From Lama guanicoe (Eukaryota): 64,000 bases of DNA. Position 1 is the first letter of the stretch; every line of letters begins with the position of its first letter. Below are positions 1 through 11,580 of the stretch, in pieces. Under the pieces are notes generated by a model that saw only the letters and a program-made list of their open reading frames with translations, was not told the origin of the DNA and did not search any database. Both the position numbers and the translations under genes were made by a program. Location: assembly GCA_013239625.1 (NCBI GenBank), contig MU053934.1, positions 6,652,399 to 6,716,398 of the forward strand, given 5' to 3'.

Positions 1-659
1 TCTTCTCTTTTGCCTCTGATAGCAGCCTGTTAGGGAACGTGTGGCCGCAGGCCTGTAGCAGTCAGCCTCACCTAGTGGGGGTGAAGCCCACCTGGACGCT
101 GCCATAAAACAAGCACTCTAACCCAAAGCAGCAGGAGCAGGATGACAGGGAGCTGGACCAAGCTCCTAACACTGATGCTGTTGGAAAACCACAGGAAGAC
201 CGGCAGCAACGCAGCCCCCGTGCTGGCCCTGCGTCATGTATCAGACATCACCTGATGCAACTGACGTGGACCAGCTCGCTTCTAACTACCTTGTGACATC
301 GCCACTCTACAGGAGAGGTGTCTGAAGCACCGGAAGGTGAAGTAACCTGCTCCAGGTCAGAGCTGAACTCTGCAGACCAGGCCTGGCATCCTCCAGAGGT
401 AAATGGGGCAGGGACAGGGCTCTAAGACAGTCGTTCAGGAGCCCTGCCTTCCCCTAGAAGACCATCCTTCTGAGTGCTGATAACCAGTAAATGTTTACCA
501 TGTGCCCTCACACCCTGCCAAGAAATAAAAGACTACTTGGCCTGGAGTGAACCAAGGACAGGTGGCAGCTTCCTGGGCAGCCTGAGGCTTTATCTGCTTT
601 TGTCAGTGCCACAGGGCACCTTCAGAACAAAGGTCTCATCATCAACCAGGGGAACAGAC

Positions 660-1206
660 ATGGCTGGTTGCTCAGTGGTCACCCACAGCCATTCCTGCTA
701 CACCCCTTGTTCCTAAAGGAGCCCTGAATGGTCAGTTATCCAGAGGGCTCAGCTACTGCAGGCCCTCCCCACCTTGGGGGATGAATCTCAATGGTGGCCG
801 TTTAGGAATGGGTGTGTCAAGCATTTCTGGTAGGAAAGTCTGCAGGGAAAGGAACTTTTGGGAAAGTTCTACTCCTCTTAACAAGTGACATGATGCAGGA
901 ACCGGCCGTCTTCTCACTTGGCCTCTGTGAGGATGGGATGGTGAGGTCTGTTGCAACCATCTTGTCACCACAAGGGGACAGCTCTAAAGACAGAGCCCAA
1001 CCCACTGAGGACAGCACAGCAACAGGATGGAGTGAACCCAGATTTCTGTAACATTGTTAAGCCCTAAAGTAACCAACCCCAGGACCACCCCATCTCCAGA
1101 CTTGTTAAGGGGGAGGATACTCTTCTTTAAAAAAAACAAAATCAAAAACAAAAAACAATTTTTAGTTTAATTTTGTAACTTGCAATCAAAATATCCTAAC
1201 TGATAA
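660..1206. mobile_element. Old MaLR solo LTR (MLT1J/K-like)
   Basis: Internal gttgcaaccatcttgtcaccacaagggg and terminal gtaacttgcaatcaaaatatcctaactgata resemble MLT1 consensus; left boundary approximate. Confidence 0.65.
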
Positions 1207-1309
1207 GAAAGGGACCTAGTACCTGAGGTGCCCTCTGCTGTTTCAGGTGAAGTGCAGGTGCCCTGGAGCTTAAATAACTCCCTGTAAGGGATTCCACCAC
1301 TTCCTATCT

Positions 1310-1465
1310 TTGTGTTACTCTTGGCCAAATTCCTAACCTTTGTTTCTTTAGCCTGCAGACATAGACCTGATGATGTGATCTACTTCACAGAGATGTTGTG
1401 AGGGTTAAACGTGTTCCTCCAAGCTTACAATAGTGGCTGGACAGAAGTGCTCAGTAAATGTGACC
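1310..1465. mobile_element. MIR SINE fragment
   Basis: tacttcacagagatgttgtgagggttaaa...gtgctcagtaaatgt is MIR core-like. Confidence 0.65.
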
Positions 1466-1837
1466 CAAGACGACCACAAGCCAGACACATGACGCGGACC
1501 ATGAACAAACAGCAACCTGCACAGCAGGCCGAGTCATCACCTGGGTTTACAGACAAAGAGAGGCGATTAAGCTCAGATCCGAACACTGTCCATTTCCTTC
1601 CTACCTCAACACATGCCCTGCTGCCCCTGGCAGGGCTTCTCAAAGCTCCCTGCCCTGAACCAGCCTACAAGCCCCATTTTTCTCATAAAGAAAGCAAACT
1701 CATCCCTTACCAGGAAATCACATCAATAAAATGATGACTGTTTCTTTCAATTTGAAAAGCGCAATTAATTTACTATGTTACATTAGAGGAAAAAGGCATA
1801 TTAAGGCCTTAGAAAAAGGGCCTTAAAGAGTTTAGGC

Positions 1838-1908
1838 CAGTGGTTCTCAAAGTGTGCCTTGGATCAGCAGCATCAGCATCACCTGGGAACTTGTCAGAAA
1901 TGCAAATT
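1838..1908. mobile_element. MER5A-like hAT-Charlie MITE, left half
   Basis: TIR cagtggttctcaaa followed by cagcagcatcagcatcacctgggaacttgtcagaaatgcaaatt. Confidence 0.85.
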
Positions 1909-1910
1909 TT

Positions 1911-4900
1911 GGGATTCTGGGAAGACTGCAGAGTAGGTAACACCAGGAATCTGTTTCCCCACCTGGACAACAATTGCACTGGCAGAATCTGTCTGATGTA
2001 ACTGTTCTGGAACTCTGAAGTCTGTTCAAGGCCTGCAACTTCCAGGGTTAAGACTTGGATGGTAAACTGCAGTTGCTTCTGGTCAATTTCAGCTCTTAGC
2101 ACAGCAGCACTACCCATCTCCTACTCCTAGCCAAGCAGGAGGCAACCTAACCTTACAACTAAAGGAACAACAAAAAGAAGAACAAATTAAACCCAAAGCT
2201 AGCAGAAAGAAGAAGTAATAAGGATTCTAACAGAGATAAATGAAACAGAATAGACAAACTATAGAGAAAAACCAATGATACCAAAAGTTGGTTCTTCAAA
2301 AAAGATCAATAAAACCAACCTTTAGCTAGATGGATTAAGAAAAAAGAGAGGACTCAAATTACTAACATCAGAAATAAAAGTGGGCCATTACTACTGATTC
2401 TACAGAAATAAAAAGGATTATAAGAGAGTACTATGAGCAACTGTACACCAAGCTGGATAATCTAGATGAAATGGGCAAACTTCCAGAAACACAAAACCTA
2501 TCAAGACTTAAATCACAAAGAAATAAAGATCTGAATAGACCTACAAATAGTAAGGAGACTGAATCAGTAGTCAAAAGTCTCTCAAAAAAGAAAAGCTCTG
2601 GATCTGATGACTGCTTCACTGGTAAATTCTACCGAACATTTAAGGAAGAAGTAATACCAATCCTTGTGAAATCTTCCCCCGTAATTTAAGAGAAGGGAAC
2701 GTTAAAAAAAAAAATCATTCAAACAAGGCTAGTATTACCTGATACCAGAGTCTGAGAAAGACATACGGGGAAAAGAAACCCTACAGATCCATATCCTTTA
2801 TGAACACTGATGCAAAAAATCTTCAACAAAATACTAGCAAACAGAATCTAGCAGCATATTAAAAGAATTATACACCATAACCAAGTGGGATTCATTCCTG
2901 GAATGCAAGGATGGTTCAACATATGGAAATCAATCAGTGTTATATGTCACATCAACATCATGAAGGAAATAATACACAACCATCTCAACTGACGCAGGCA
3001 AAGCATCTGACAAAATTCAACACACTTTCATGGTAAAACAAAAACAAAAAGAAAAACAAAAACACACAACAAACTAGGAAGAGAAGGAAACAAAAGCCAT
3101 ATATGAAAAACCAACAGGGAATATCATATTCAATGGTGAAAGACCAGAGATGTTTCCCCTAAGATGAGGAATAAAAGCAAGGATGCTTGCTTTTACCATA
3201 TCTATTCAACACAGTACTGGAAGTTCTAGCCAGAACAATCAAGAAAGAAAATGAAATAAAAGGTACCCAAACTGGAAAAAAGGAAGTAAAATGATCTCTA
3301 TTTGAAGAAGATATGATCTTATATGTAGAGAACCCTAGAGTTTACCAAAAAACCTGTTAGGACTGATAAATGAATTTATTTAGCAAAGTAGCAGGATACA
3401 AAGTCAATACAGAAAAATCAGTTGCATTTCTATACATGAACAATGAACAATCTGAAAAGGAAATTATAAAAACAATTTGATTTTCAATACCATAAAAAAA
3501 AACACCTTAAGAATTAACTAAGGAAGTGGAAGACTTGTACAATGAAAAATACAAAACACTGCTGAAAGAAATTAAAGAAGACATGAATAAATGGAAACAC
3601 ATCCCATGCTCATGGATTAGAAGACTTGATATTATTAAAATGCCTACAGGGTGATCTACAGAGTTAATGCAATCTCTATTAAAATCCCAATGACTTTTTT
3701 TTTTTGCAGAAATAGAAAAACCTATCCTAAAATTCATATGGAGTCCTAGGGACCCTGAATAGCCAAAACAACCTTGAAAAAGAACAAAAGTAGAGGACTC
3801 ATACTTCTTATTTCAAAACTTACTACAAAGCTACAGTAGTTAACAGGGTGGTACTGGCATAAAAACAGAGATACAGCCCAAAGGAATAGAATAGAGAACC
3901 CAGAAATAAACCCTTCCATATAAGGCCAAATGATTTTTGACAAGGGAGCCAAGACCGTTCAATGGGGGAAAGGACAGTCTTTAAACAAACAGTGCTGGGA
4001 AAACGGGAGATCCACACGCAAAAGAATAAAGCTGGACCCTTATCTAACAGCATATACAAAAATTAGCTCAAAATGGATCAACGACTTAATTGTAAGACCT
4101 AAAACAATAAAATTCTTAAAAGAAAACATAGGACAAAAGCTTCATGACACTGGATTTGGCAATGATTTTTTGGTTACGACACCAAAGGACCACATAATAT
4201 AACAAAAAGAGATAAATTGAACTTCATGAAAATTTTAAAATGTTGTGCATCAAAACACACTATCAACAGAGTAAAAAGGCAACTTACAGAATGGGTGGAA
4301 ATATTTACAAATCATATATCTGACAAGGGATTAATATCCAGAATATAGAGAACCCCTAAAACTCCATCAAAAAAACCTCCAAAACAAAAACCAAACAACT
4401 CATTTCCAAAATGAGCAAAGGACTTGAATGAGACATTTCTCCAGAGAAAATAAATAAATGGCCAATAAACACATGAAAAGATGCTCAACATCACTCATCA
4501 TTAGGGAAATGCAAATCAAACCCACAATGAGATACCACTTCATACACATTAAAATAACTACTATCAAAGAGAAAACAAGTGTTGTTGAGGATGTGGAGAA
4601 ACTGGAACACTTGGGCACTGTTGGTGGGAATGCATAAGGGTAAAATGACTGTGGGAAACAGTATGACAGTTCCTCAAAAAATTAAAAATAGAATTATACA
4701 ATCCAGAAAATTCCATCTTTGAGTAAAAATTCCCCCCAAATGAAAGCAGAGTCTGAAAAAATTTGTATACCCATGTTTATAGTAGCATTATTCACAACAG
4801 CTAAAATGTGGAAACAACCCAAGTGTTCATCAACGGATAAAGGAATAAGCAAAATGTGGTATATGCATACAATGGAGTATTATTCAGTCTTAAAGTAAGG

Positions 4901-5252
4901 AAATTTTGGTGCATGCTACAACACAGATGAACCTTGAGGACATTATGCTAAGTGAAATAAATCGGTCAGTAAAAGACAAATACTGTATGATCCAACTTAC
5001 ATGAGGTATTTAGAGTAATCAAATCACAGTTACATAAGTATAATAGTGGCCGCCATGATCTGGGGGGAGGAGAACGTGTGGAGTCTTTAGTTTAATGGGT
5101 GTAGAGTCTCAATTTTATAAGATGAAAAGAGTTATGGGGATGGATGGTGATGATGGTTGCACAGCAATGTGAATGTGTTTAATACCACTGAACCATGCAC
5201 TTAAGAACAGTTAAGATGGTAAAATTTAAGTCTACTTCACAATTTAAAAAAA
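1911..5252 (+). mobile_element. Degenerate LINE-1 (L1MA/L1MB age): probable 5' end fused to part of ORF2 and the 3' UTR
   Basis: ORF2 remnants (IFDKGAKTVQWGK...CWEN...LDPYLTAYTKISSKWI), an A-rich strand and an L1 3' UTR ending in an A run at ~5252. 1911-2140 resembles an old L1 5' end. Confidence 0.92.
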
Positions 5253-5260
5253 GAGGGAGG

Positions 5261-5340
5261 AAGCAAATTCTCAAACTCCATCTCAATCTGTAACAAATCT
5301 CCAGGCAATTCTGATGCCCAATTCAGTTTGAGAACTATTG
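5261..5340. mobile_element. MER5A-like MITE, right half
   Basis: ctccaggcaattctgatgc...tttgagaactattg; matches the inverse of the TIR at 1838 at 12/14 positions. Confidence 0.8.
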
Positions 5341-5460
5341 GTCCAATTTCAACTTCCCAACTTTTTAGATGAGGAAGACAAAGACCCAGAGAAATGCAGT
5401 GACTGGCTGAGCTAGGATTTCAGGTTTCCTGGGAGCCATTTAGTACTTTCTTCACTATAC
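5341..5460. mobile_element. MIR fragment
   Basis: ttttagatgaggaagacaaagacccagaga core-like sequence. Confidence 0.6.
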
Positions 5461-5574
5461 TTCTGTCCCTTACAGACTAATGCAGACCGTAGGGCATGAC
5501 AGGCAGAACTGAACCTGAAAGATGTCAAAGGTGTTCAACTTCAGCCTCAGAATCTTTGCTTTAAGGCAATGTAG

Positions 5575-5790
5575 CTCCACAGATATGATTAAGTCAAGTC
5601 TTAATCACCTTGAGATGAGGAGAGTATGCTGGATTACCCAAGTGGCCCCGTTTTAGTCTCCTGGGTCTATAAAAGTGAAGAACCTCTCCCAGGGGTATCA
5701 GAGTTGCAGGTTTTAGGGAGATGTGATGATGAAAGCAGGGTCAAAGAGATGCAACACTGCTGGTTTTGAAGATGGAGGAAGCTGGCAAAT
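5575..5790. mobile_element. MLT1D-like LTR fragment
   Basis: agatatgattaag...cttgagatgaggagagtatgctggattaccc...tttgaagatggaggaa. Confidence 0.7.
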
Positions 5791-7099
5791 GGCAGAAGCC
5801 CAATCACCAAAAAGCAGTTCAGTCCGTTACTGAAGGAGAATTCTGCATGCCTCTTCATTCACAGAAAGGTCTTTCCTATGAGATGTAACAGCAAACTGAA
5901 TGATCGCTTTGTTTAATGAGCATCTCAGAGCTGCCTCAGTGCACCGAAGCACCTGGGTCAGCGTATTATTAGTGTTGACGATGATCAGTTCTCTTCCAGC
6001 CGTCATGATCATACACGTTGCCACTGTGCCTGAGATAGCCTCTGTCCAGCACTGCACATGCTTCTGCCTGTGCTTATAGCATTAACTTTTCACATTTGTC
6101 CACCTCCCCTAAACTGCGAGACTCATTCCTGTATCCCCAGGGTCTGGCACCCTGTAGGAGCCGTAAATGTGGGCTGATGGAATGAATGCAATGCCTGACA
6201 CATTTGAGAGTGTGGAGAAAACTAACGAGGCTACTCTTCAACATGAGTTAAAAAGCTGATGCTGACAGAACCTGGAGAATGTGGAATAAGGTATGTGTTA
6301 ACTTTTGGCCACAAGCAGCAGCTTCTTTTTCCTTTTAATTATGCCTTCCATACCCAGGACAGAGGCCTCTGCCACCTGAGCAGTCTACTCCAGCAACATA
6401 GCAGTGACACGGTCTACCTGCAAGGAACTACCCTTTAAGGCCCAGGAGCAGCTTTCTTTGATGCACCTCTGCACCCTATCAGTTTTCTCCAAGAGTACTT
6501 CACGGTGCCAGCCAAAGCAGTACATATAAAACCCTCTATATTTTGAGGTCTTGCCTCCGCAGAGCTAGGTAATCTTGTTACGTTCCCTGAAAGCTCATGA
6601 GACTAGCTGGAACGACCTGCTGCTGCTCGCCATTCCCACAGACTCGGAAGAAGGGTCTGGCATCACACCACAACCGAGAGCACCACCGAGGCTTCAAAGC
6701 TCACCTTGGAAGGGAGACGCCCAGTCTTTCCAGGTCCATTTACTCAATACTACGCAAGGTATGTATTTTAGTAAGCAGCATTATGTCCCATAGCTGTTCC
6801 AGCAAAAGCATCAATTCCAGAAACCAAATCCACTTCACACCTTGAAAAATAATGATTCCAGTGTAGATGCCGCCAGTCACGCTTGCAGCACTCACTGGCG
6901 AAGGCTAACTGTGTGTCCCTTAAGACGAAAGCTCCAGGTTGGCCTGGCTTTTCAGAGCAAACATGGATGGTCCAATGTGAACATGACCCATATGTGAAGC
7001 AGCACAAGGGCCAGTGGAAAAAGAACCTGAGCTTTTGTGTGAAAGCCAAAAAAAGTTACCATGTCAATTTTATCATCTGCAAAAATGAGGATAACAATA

Positions 7100-7305
7100 C
7101 AGCTGACTCTTGAACAACTTGGGTTTAAACCGCCTGGGTCCACTCTTTTGTGAATGTTTTTCAGCAGTAAATATTGCAGTACTACACAGTCCATGGTGGG
7201 CTGAATCTGCAGAAGCAGAGGAACTGAGGATACCAGAGTGGGGGAGGAGGGGCGCAACTTTAAGTTATACTTGGATTAATGCCGGAGTTGTTCAAGGGTC
7301 AACCT
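7100..7305. mobile_element. Tigger2a-like Tc1/mariner MITE inserted in a MIR
   Basis: TIRs cagctgactcttgaacaac and gttgttcaagggtcaacct, flanked by TA at 7098-7099 and 7306-7307; MIR-like sequence on both sides. Confidence 0.85.
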
Positions 7306-9117
7306 TATCTGTTTTACCTTCCTCATAAAGTTGTTGCACAAAATAACTGTGAGAGTGTTTTATAAACTATAAAGTTATATAACTGTTAGGAATTATAAAA
7401 ACATATCTTCATCTTTAATTACTGCTGTCAAAATTAAACACAAAACATACCAAGTGGGTTCTATTAAATTAAGGCAAACTAAGTTAAAAAATCATTTTTG
7501 GAACTAACTTTTTCCTTTAGAATACTGCCTGAAACAAGCAGACCTGGGTGGGCCTGAGCATCTGCTGTCAGGCTTTCTGTAACTTGAGTTGCTGTGTGTA
7601 CATTTCAGTAGTATTCCACCTCTGAGGGTGTGTATATAGTCAGCTCTTGGCCAGATCTCTGAACACTGCATCTCTTAGCTACTATTCACTATTACTTTCA
7701 TTTATTTCTCCTCCTAATTCTATTATTGAACAATACAGATTAATGGGAATTATTTTTAATGTTTTGTGAAACACTTTTGCATTGGAAGGAAAGGTACTAA
7801 ATAAACGAGGTATAAAACTACACACAATCAAGTGCAAATTAAACACTAGCAGGAGGTCAAAAGTGTGGAAAACTGAGCACAACCAGAATGAGGAAAAGGG
7901 CCCTGCACGCTGGTTTGTTGTGTTTTCAGGTACTGCCCCTGCCTGGTATGGGCAGAGCAGACTCAGGCCGTCTATACCAGTGTCACCTGCCATGGGCTCC
8001 TAGCCACATGCTCCCAGCCTGTCCCCACCCTTGCTATGCAAGCCCCACACTCACAGTAGACTAACCGAGGATAATTTCTCCCACTGCTTCAGGACCCGCC
8101 ACTGCTGTGAGGGGCTGAGGCCCAGCAGGTGTACTGCTCCTCATAGCACACCCAGAGCCTAAAGTAACAGCTCATCTTCTCTGTTCCCAGGACAGAGTCA
8201 TCTGCTTCCCCTCAAAACCAGGAGAGAAAACACACATGCAGAAACTTCCTTTAATCTGATGGTCATTGTTTAGATACAAAAATTGGAATAAAATTATCCA
8301 CTTAGACCCCCACTCTCCTCCTGTAAAACCCTCAATCAAAAAGTGACTCTGCTGCTGACCCTGAAAAATACTGGTTTCTTTGGAAAGCTTTTCAAACACA
8401 TTATAAACTTACAAAAAAAAAAAAAAGTCTGTGGCTGAGTCAGGGTTGAGGGGTGGCTGGCCCCGAAGTAGAGCAAAAAGCACAACAGCCTGAGCAAGGT
8501 CAAACCTATGCACAGCTGCTCAAATGTCTCTGGCTTTGTCCCTGGCCTCTGTTCCACGAGGAAAGCCTGTTCCCTGAATTCCCTTCCTACTGTCTTTGTA
8601 CTCACAGATGGCTTTACACTGAAGTTATGATGCTTTGAATCAGGCTAGAAGGCCTGGGATTAAATGACTTTTTTCCTTCATTAACAAAGTCCTTTCTTAT
8701 CTTTCTGCACTTTGTCTGCCAAACAGAGGAGGCAGAATTTAGCCACAACCTTGACCACATGAAAACACATTTAGAGTACACATGCCTTTCTATGATGGAT
8801 TTGTTCACTTTATCATTCAGCAAACAATAAAAATTATTAGGACTAAGATGCAGCTGGGGAAGGGTGTCTTTTCTCTAGAAGATTCTATCACATGCATCTC
8901 TATTTCTGTTGTTGCTGTTTTCACAAATCTGGATTTTCACATGGTAGGTGTGTTGAAGTAAGATACATCTGGTGTACCTCCATCAGATGTGAAGGTTAGT
9001 AACCACTGGCTAACACTAAAAAGCCAGGCTGGTGCTTCTTTACAGAATCACGTAATCAAGTAATTCTATTGAACATGAAGAAAGAGTCTGACTTCCTAAC
9101 GAGCTGTTCTTGGGACT

Positions 9118-9225
9118 GTTTTTTTTTTTTTTTTTACTGAAGTACAGTCAATTACAATGTATCAACTTCTGGTGTACAGCACAATGTCCCAGTCTTGGAT
9201 ATACATACATACATTCGTTTTCATG
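9118..9225 (-). mobile_element. Young 5'-truncated L1 3' end (108 bp)
   Basis: Poly-T followed by antisense L1 3' UTR; perfect 13-bp TSD tgttcttgggact at 9105-9117 and 9226-9238. Confidence 0.9.
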
Positions 9226-9519
9226 TGTTCTTGGGACTTTTAATTTGCCTTATTAACATGTCAATTTTGAGTCTACAGCATAAAACTGCAAAGTTAAGAA
9301 AGTGGAAACATGGGCTGGAAGAAAATTAAGAACTCAGTTTCGTCTTTATCGGCTCAAGTTTTCTCTATTTCTTATCTTTCCCTCTAAATTCTGGTTTCTC
9401 TAAAGATCACAAGAGTCTGTATGATCAAGGTGTTTTTGATTCTCTGTGGTTTCTGCTTTGACTATTTAAGTTTTCTTAAATGGTATCAACTTCAGAAAGG
9501 TAATAATCTTTCCTTTTTA

Positions 9520-10010
9520 GTCCTTCAACAAATTTTTATTATATGCCTATGTGATCAAAAGTCTGCCCTCAGGGAGCTTATAGAATGGCCTGTAGTTACG
9601 AAACCAAAACTGTGATGTGTTATGATGTAAATAATACTTAAGAGCTTAGAGGTAGTGTCCCTGACCAAGTGAAGGTCAGGAAAGCATTCAGAAGTCAGGA
9701 CAGAAGGGATAAACTACTTTACAGAAACAAGCACTCAGGGTGTGGAGGGCTGACACAGTGGAGCTGGATTCTGAAGGGCGGGGAGGTGATGAGCATGAAT
9801 GTGGGGCCAACAATGGGTTGTGGGTTAGGGAGATCTGGAAGAGTTTGGGTATGGGGGTAGAGGTAGAAATGCATACGAGAGGCTGCATTTAAAGGTACGG
9901 AGGTAAAACCAACAGGACTTGATGATAAGCTACAGGCATGGGGGTCTGAGATGAGCCTCTGAGCCAGGTGTCTGTGGTGTAAATGGCGGGGGCCCTCACT
10001 TGGCAGGCAC
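9520..10010. mobile_element. Degenerate L2 fragments
   Basis: ttcaacaaatttttatt, tctgccctcagggagcttatag and gaggtaaaaccaacaggacttgatga are L2-like motifs. Confidence 0.5.
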
Positions 10011-10487
10011 AGAGGAAGGGGGGCCCTCTGGGCATCGTTGCAGCAGGATTCTGACAAGGAGAGGGCACACATGGCCCCTGCTCTAAAAGCTACTTACTCT
10101 TAGAAAAATTCCATTTATAGAATAGAACGTTTTGGACACAGAGCAAAATCTCAACTGGAATGATCAGGAAAGGGTTTAATGTCAAACAACACTTCCTGGT
10201 TCACTGTGGGTGAAAGCTAGAAACTCCTTCTGGGACACCTGAGTCTCTACTATTTTGAATTAAAATGATTATTTACTGTTGCCTCAGAGTGATGATTCTA
10301 TCACTAGGACTACACTTGTAAGATACTAGGTAAAGACTAGGCTTTTTTTTTTTTAATCAAAGTGACCCCAAGATATAAAAAAACTTGCTTTTAAAAATAA
10401 ATCTCTGCTAGCAAGCTTTTTTCCTTATCATTTCCTTGTTTATCCTAAAGTGGAGAGGGAAAAAATACAGTTAAAGACACGTTCCAG

Positions 10488-11417
10488 AGGACAATACAGA
10501 TGGCCAATAGGCCCATGAAAAAAATGCTCAATACCGCTAATTACCAGAGAAATGCAAATCAAAACTACAGTAAGGTATTACCTCACACCGGCCAGAATGG
10601 CCATCATTAAAAAGTCCACAAACAATAATTGCTAGAGAGGGTGTGGAGAACAGGGAACTCTCCTACACTGTTGGTGGGAATGCAGTTTGGTGCAGTCATG
10701 ACAGAACACTATGGAGATTCATCAAAAGACTAAAAATAGACTTACCACATGATCCAACAATCCCACTCCTGGGCATATATCTGGGGGGAACTCTATCTTG
10801 AAAAGATGCATGCACCCCAATGTTCACAGCAGCACTATATACAATAGCCAAGACATGGAAACAACCTAAATGTCCATCAACAGATGACTGGGGATAAAGA
10901 AGATATTTATTTACTTCTTTACTGGAATACTACTCAGCTATAAAAAGGAATAAAATAATGCCATTTGCAGCAACATGGATGGACCTGGAGGCAGTCATTC
11001 TAAGTGAAGGAAGCCAGAAAGAGAAAGAAAAATATGATATGATATCACTCATAGGGAAAAATTTAAAAAAAGAAAAAAAGAAGACACTAACGAACTTACC
11101 TACAAAACAGAAACAGACTCACAGACATAGTGAACAATCTTACGGTTACTGGGGGAAAAGGGGGTAGGAAGTAATAAACTTGGGGTTCAAGATTTACAAA
11201 TGTTAACTATGTATAAAATAGATAACAAGTTTCTTCTGTATAGCACAGAGAACTATATGTGTCTTGTAGTAACCTATAACAAAAAGAATATGAAAATGAA
11301 TTCATGTATGTATATGTATGACTAAAACATTATGTATGCTGTACACCAGAAATTGACACATTGTAAATTGACTATACTTCAATTTTAAAAAATGACATAT
11401 TTCAATTTAAAAAAAAG
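10488..11417 (+). mobile_element. 5'-truncated L1 (ORF2 C-terminus plus camelid-type 3' UTR)
   Basis: MPFAATWMDLE..ILSE motif and 3' UTR gctgtacaccagaaattgacacattgtaaattgactatacttcaa; TSD aaagacacgttccag (10473-10487) / aaagatatgttccag (11581-11595). Confidence 0.92.
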
Positions 11418-11421
11418 AACA

Positions 11422-11580
11422 GGGGGAGGGGATAGCTCAAGTGGTAGAGCACTTGCTTAGTATGCACAAGGTGGTGGGTTCAATCCCCAGTACCTCCTCT
11501 AAAAGTAAACAAATCTAATTACCTCCCCCCTACCAAAATAAATAATATAATACATAATAAATAAATAAATAATTTTAAAA
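11422..11580 (+). mobile_element. tRNA-derived SINE (Vic-1-like) in the L1 tail
   Basis: ggggaggggatagctcaagtggtagagc (A box)...gggttcaatcccc (B box)...A-rich tail. Confidence 0.88.

Noticed and set aside
2143..4950. Reverse-transcriptase-like coding as an active or novel system
   Set aside because: Ordinary decayed L1 ORF2 with many stops and frameshifts.
11422..11500. tRNA-like sequences (also at 47784 and 53111)
   Set aside because: SINE heads with A-rich tails and TSD-like flanks, not intact tRNA genes.
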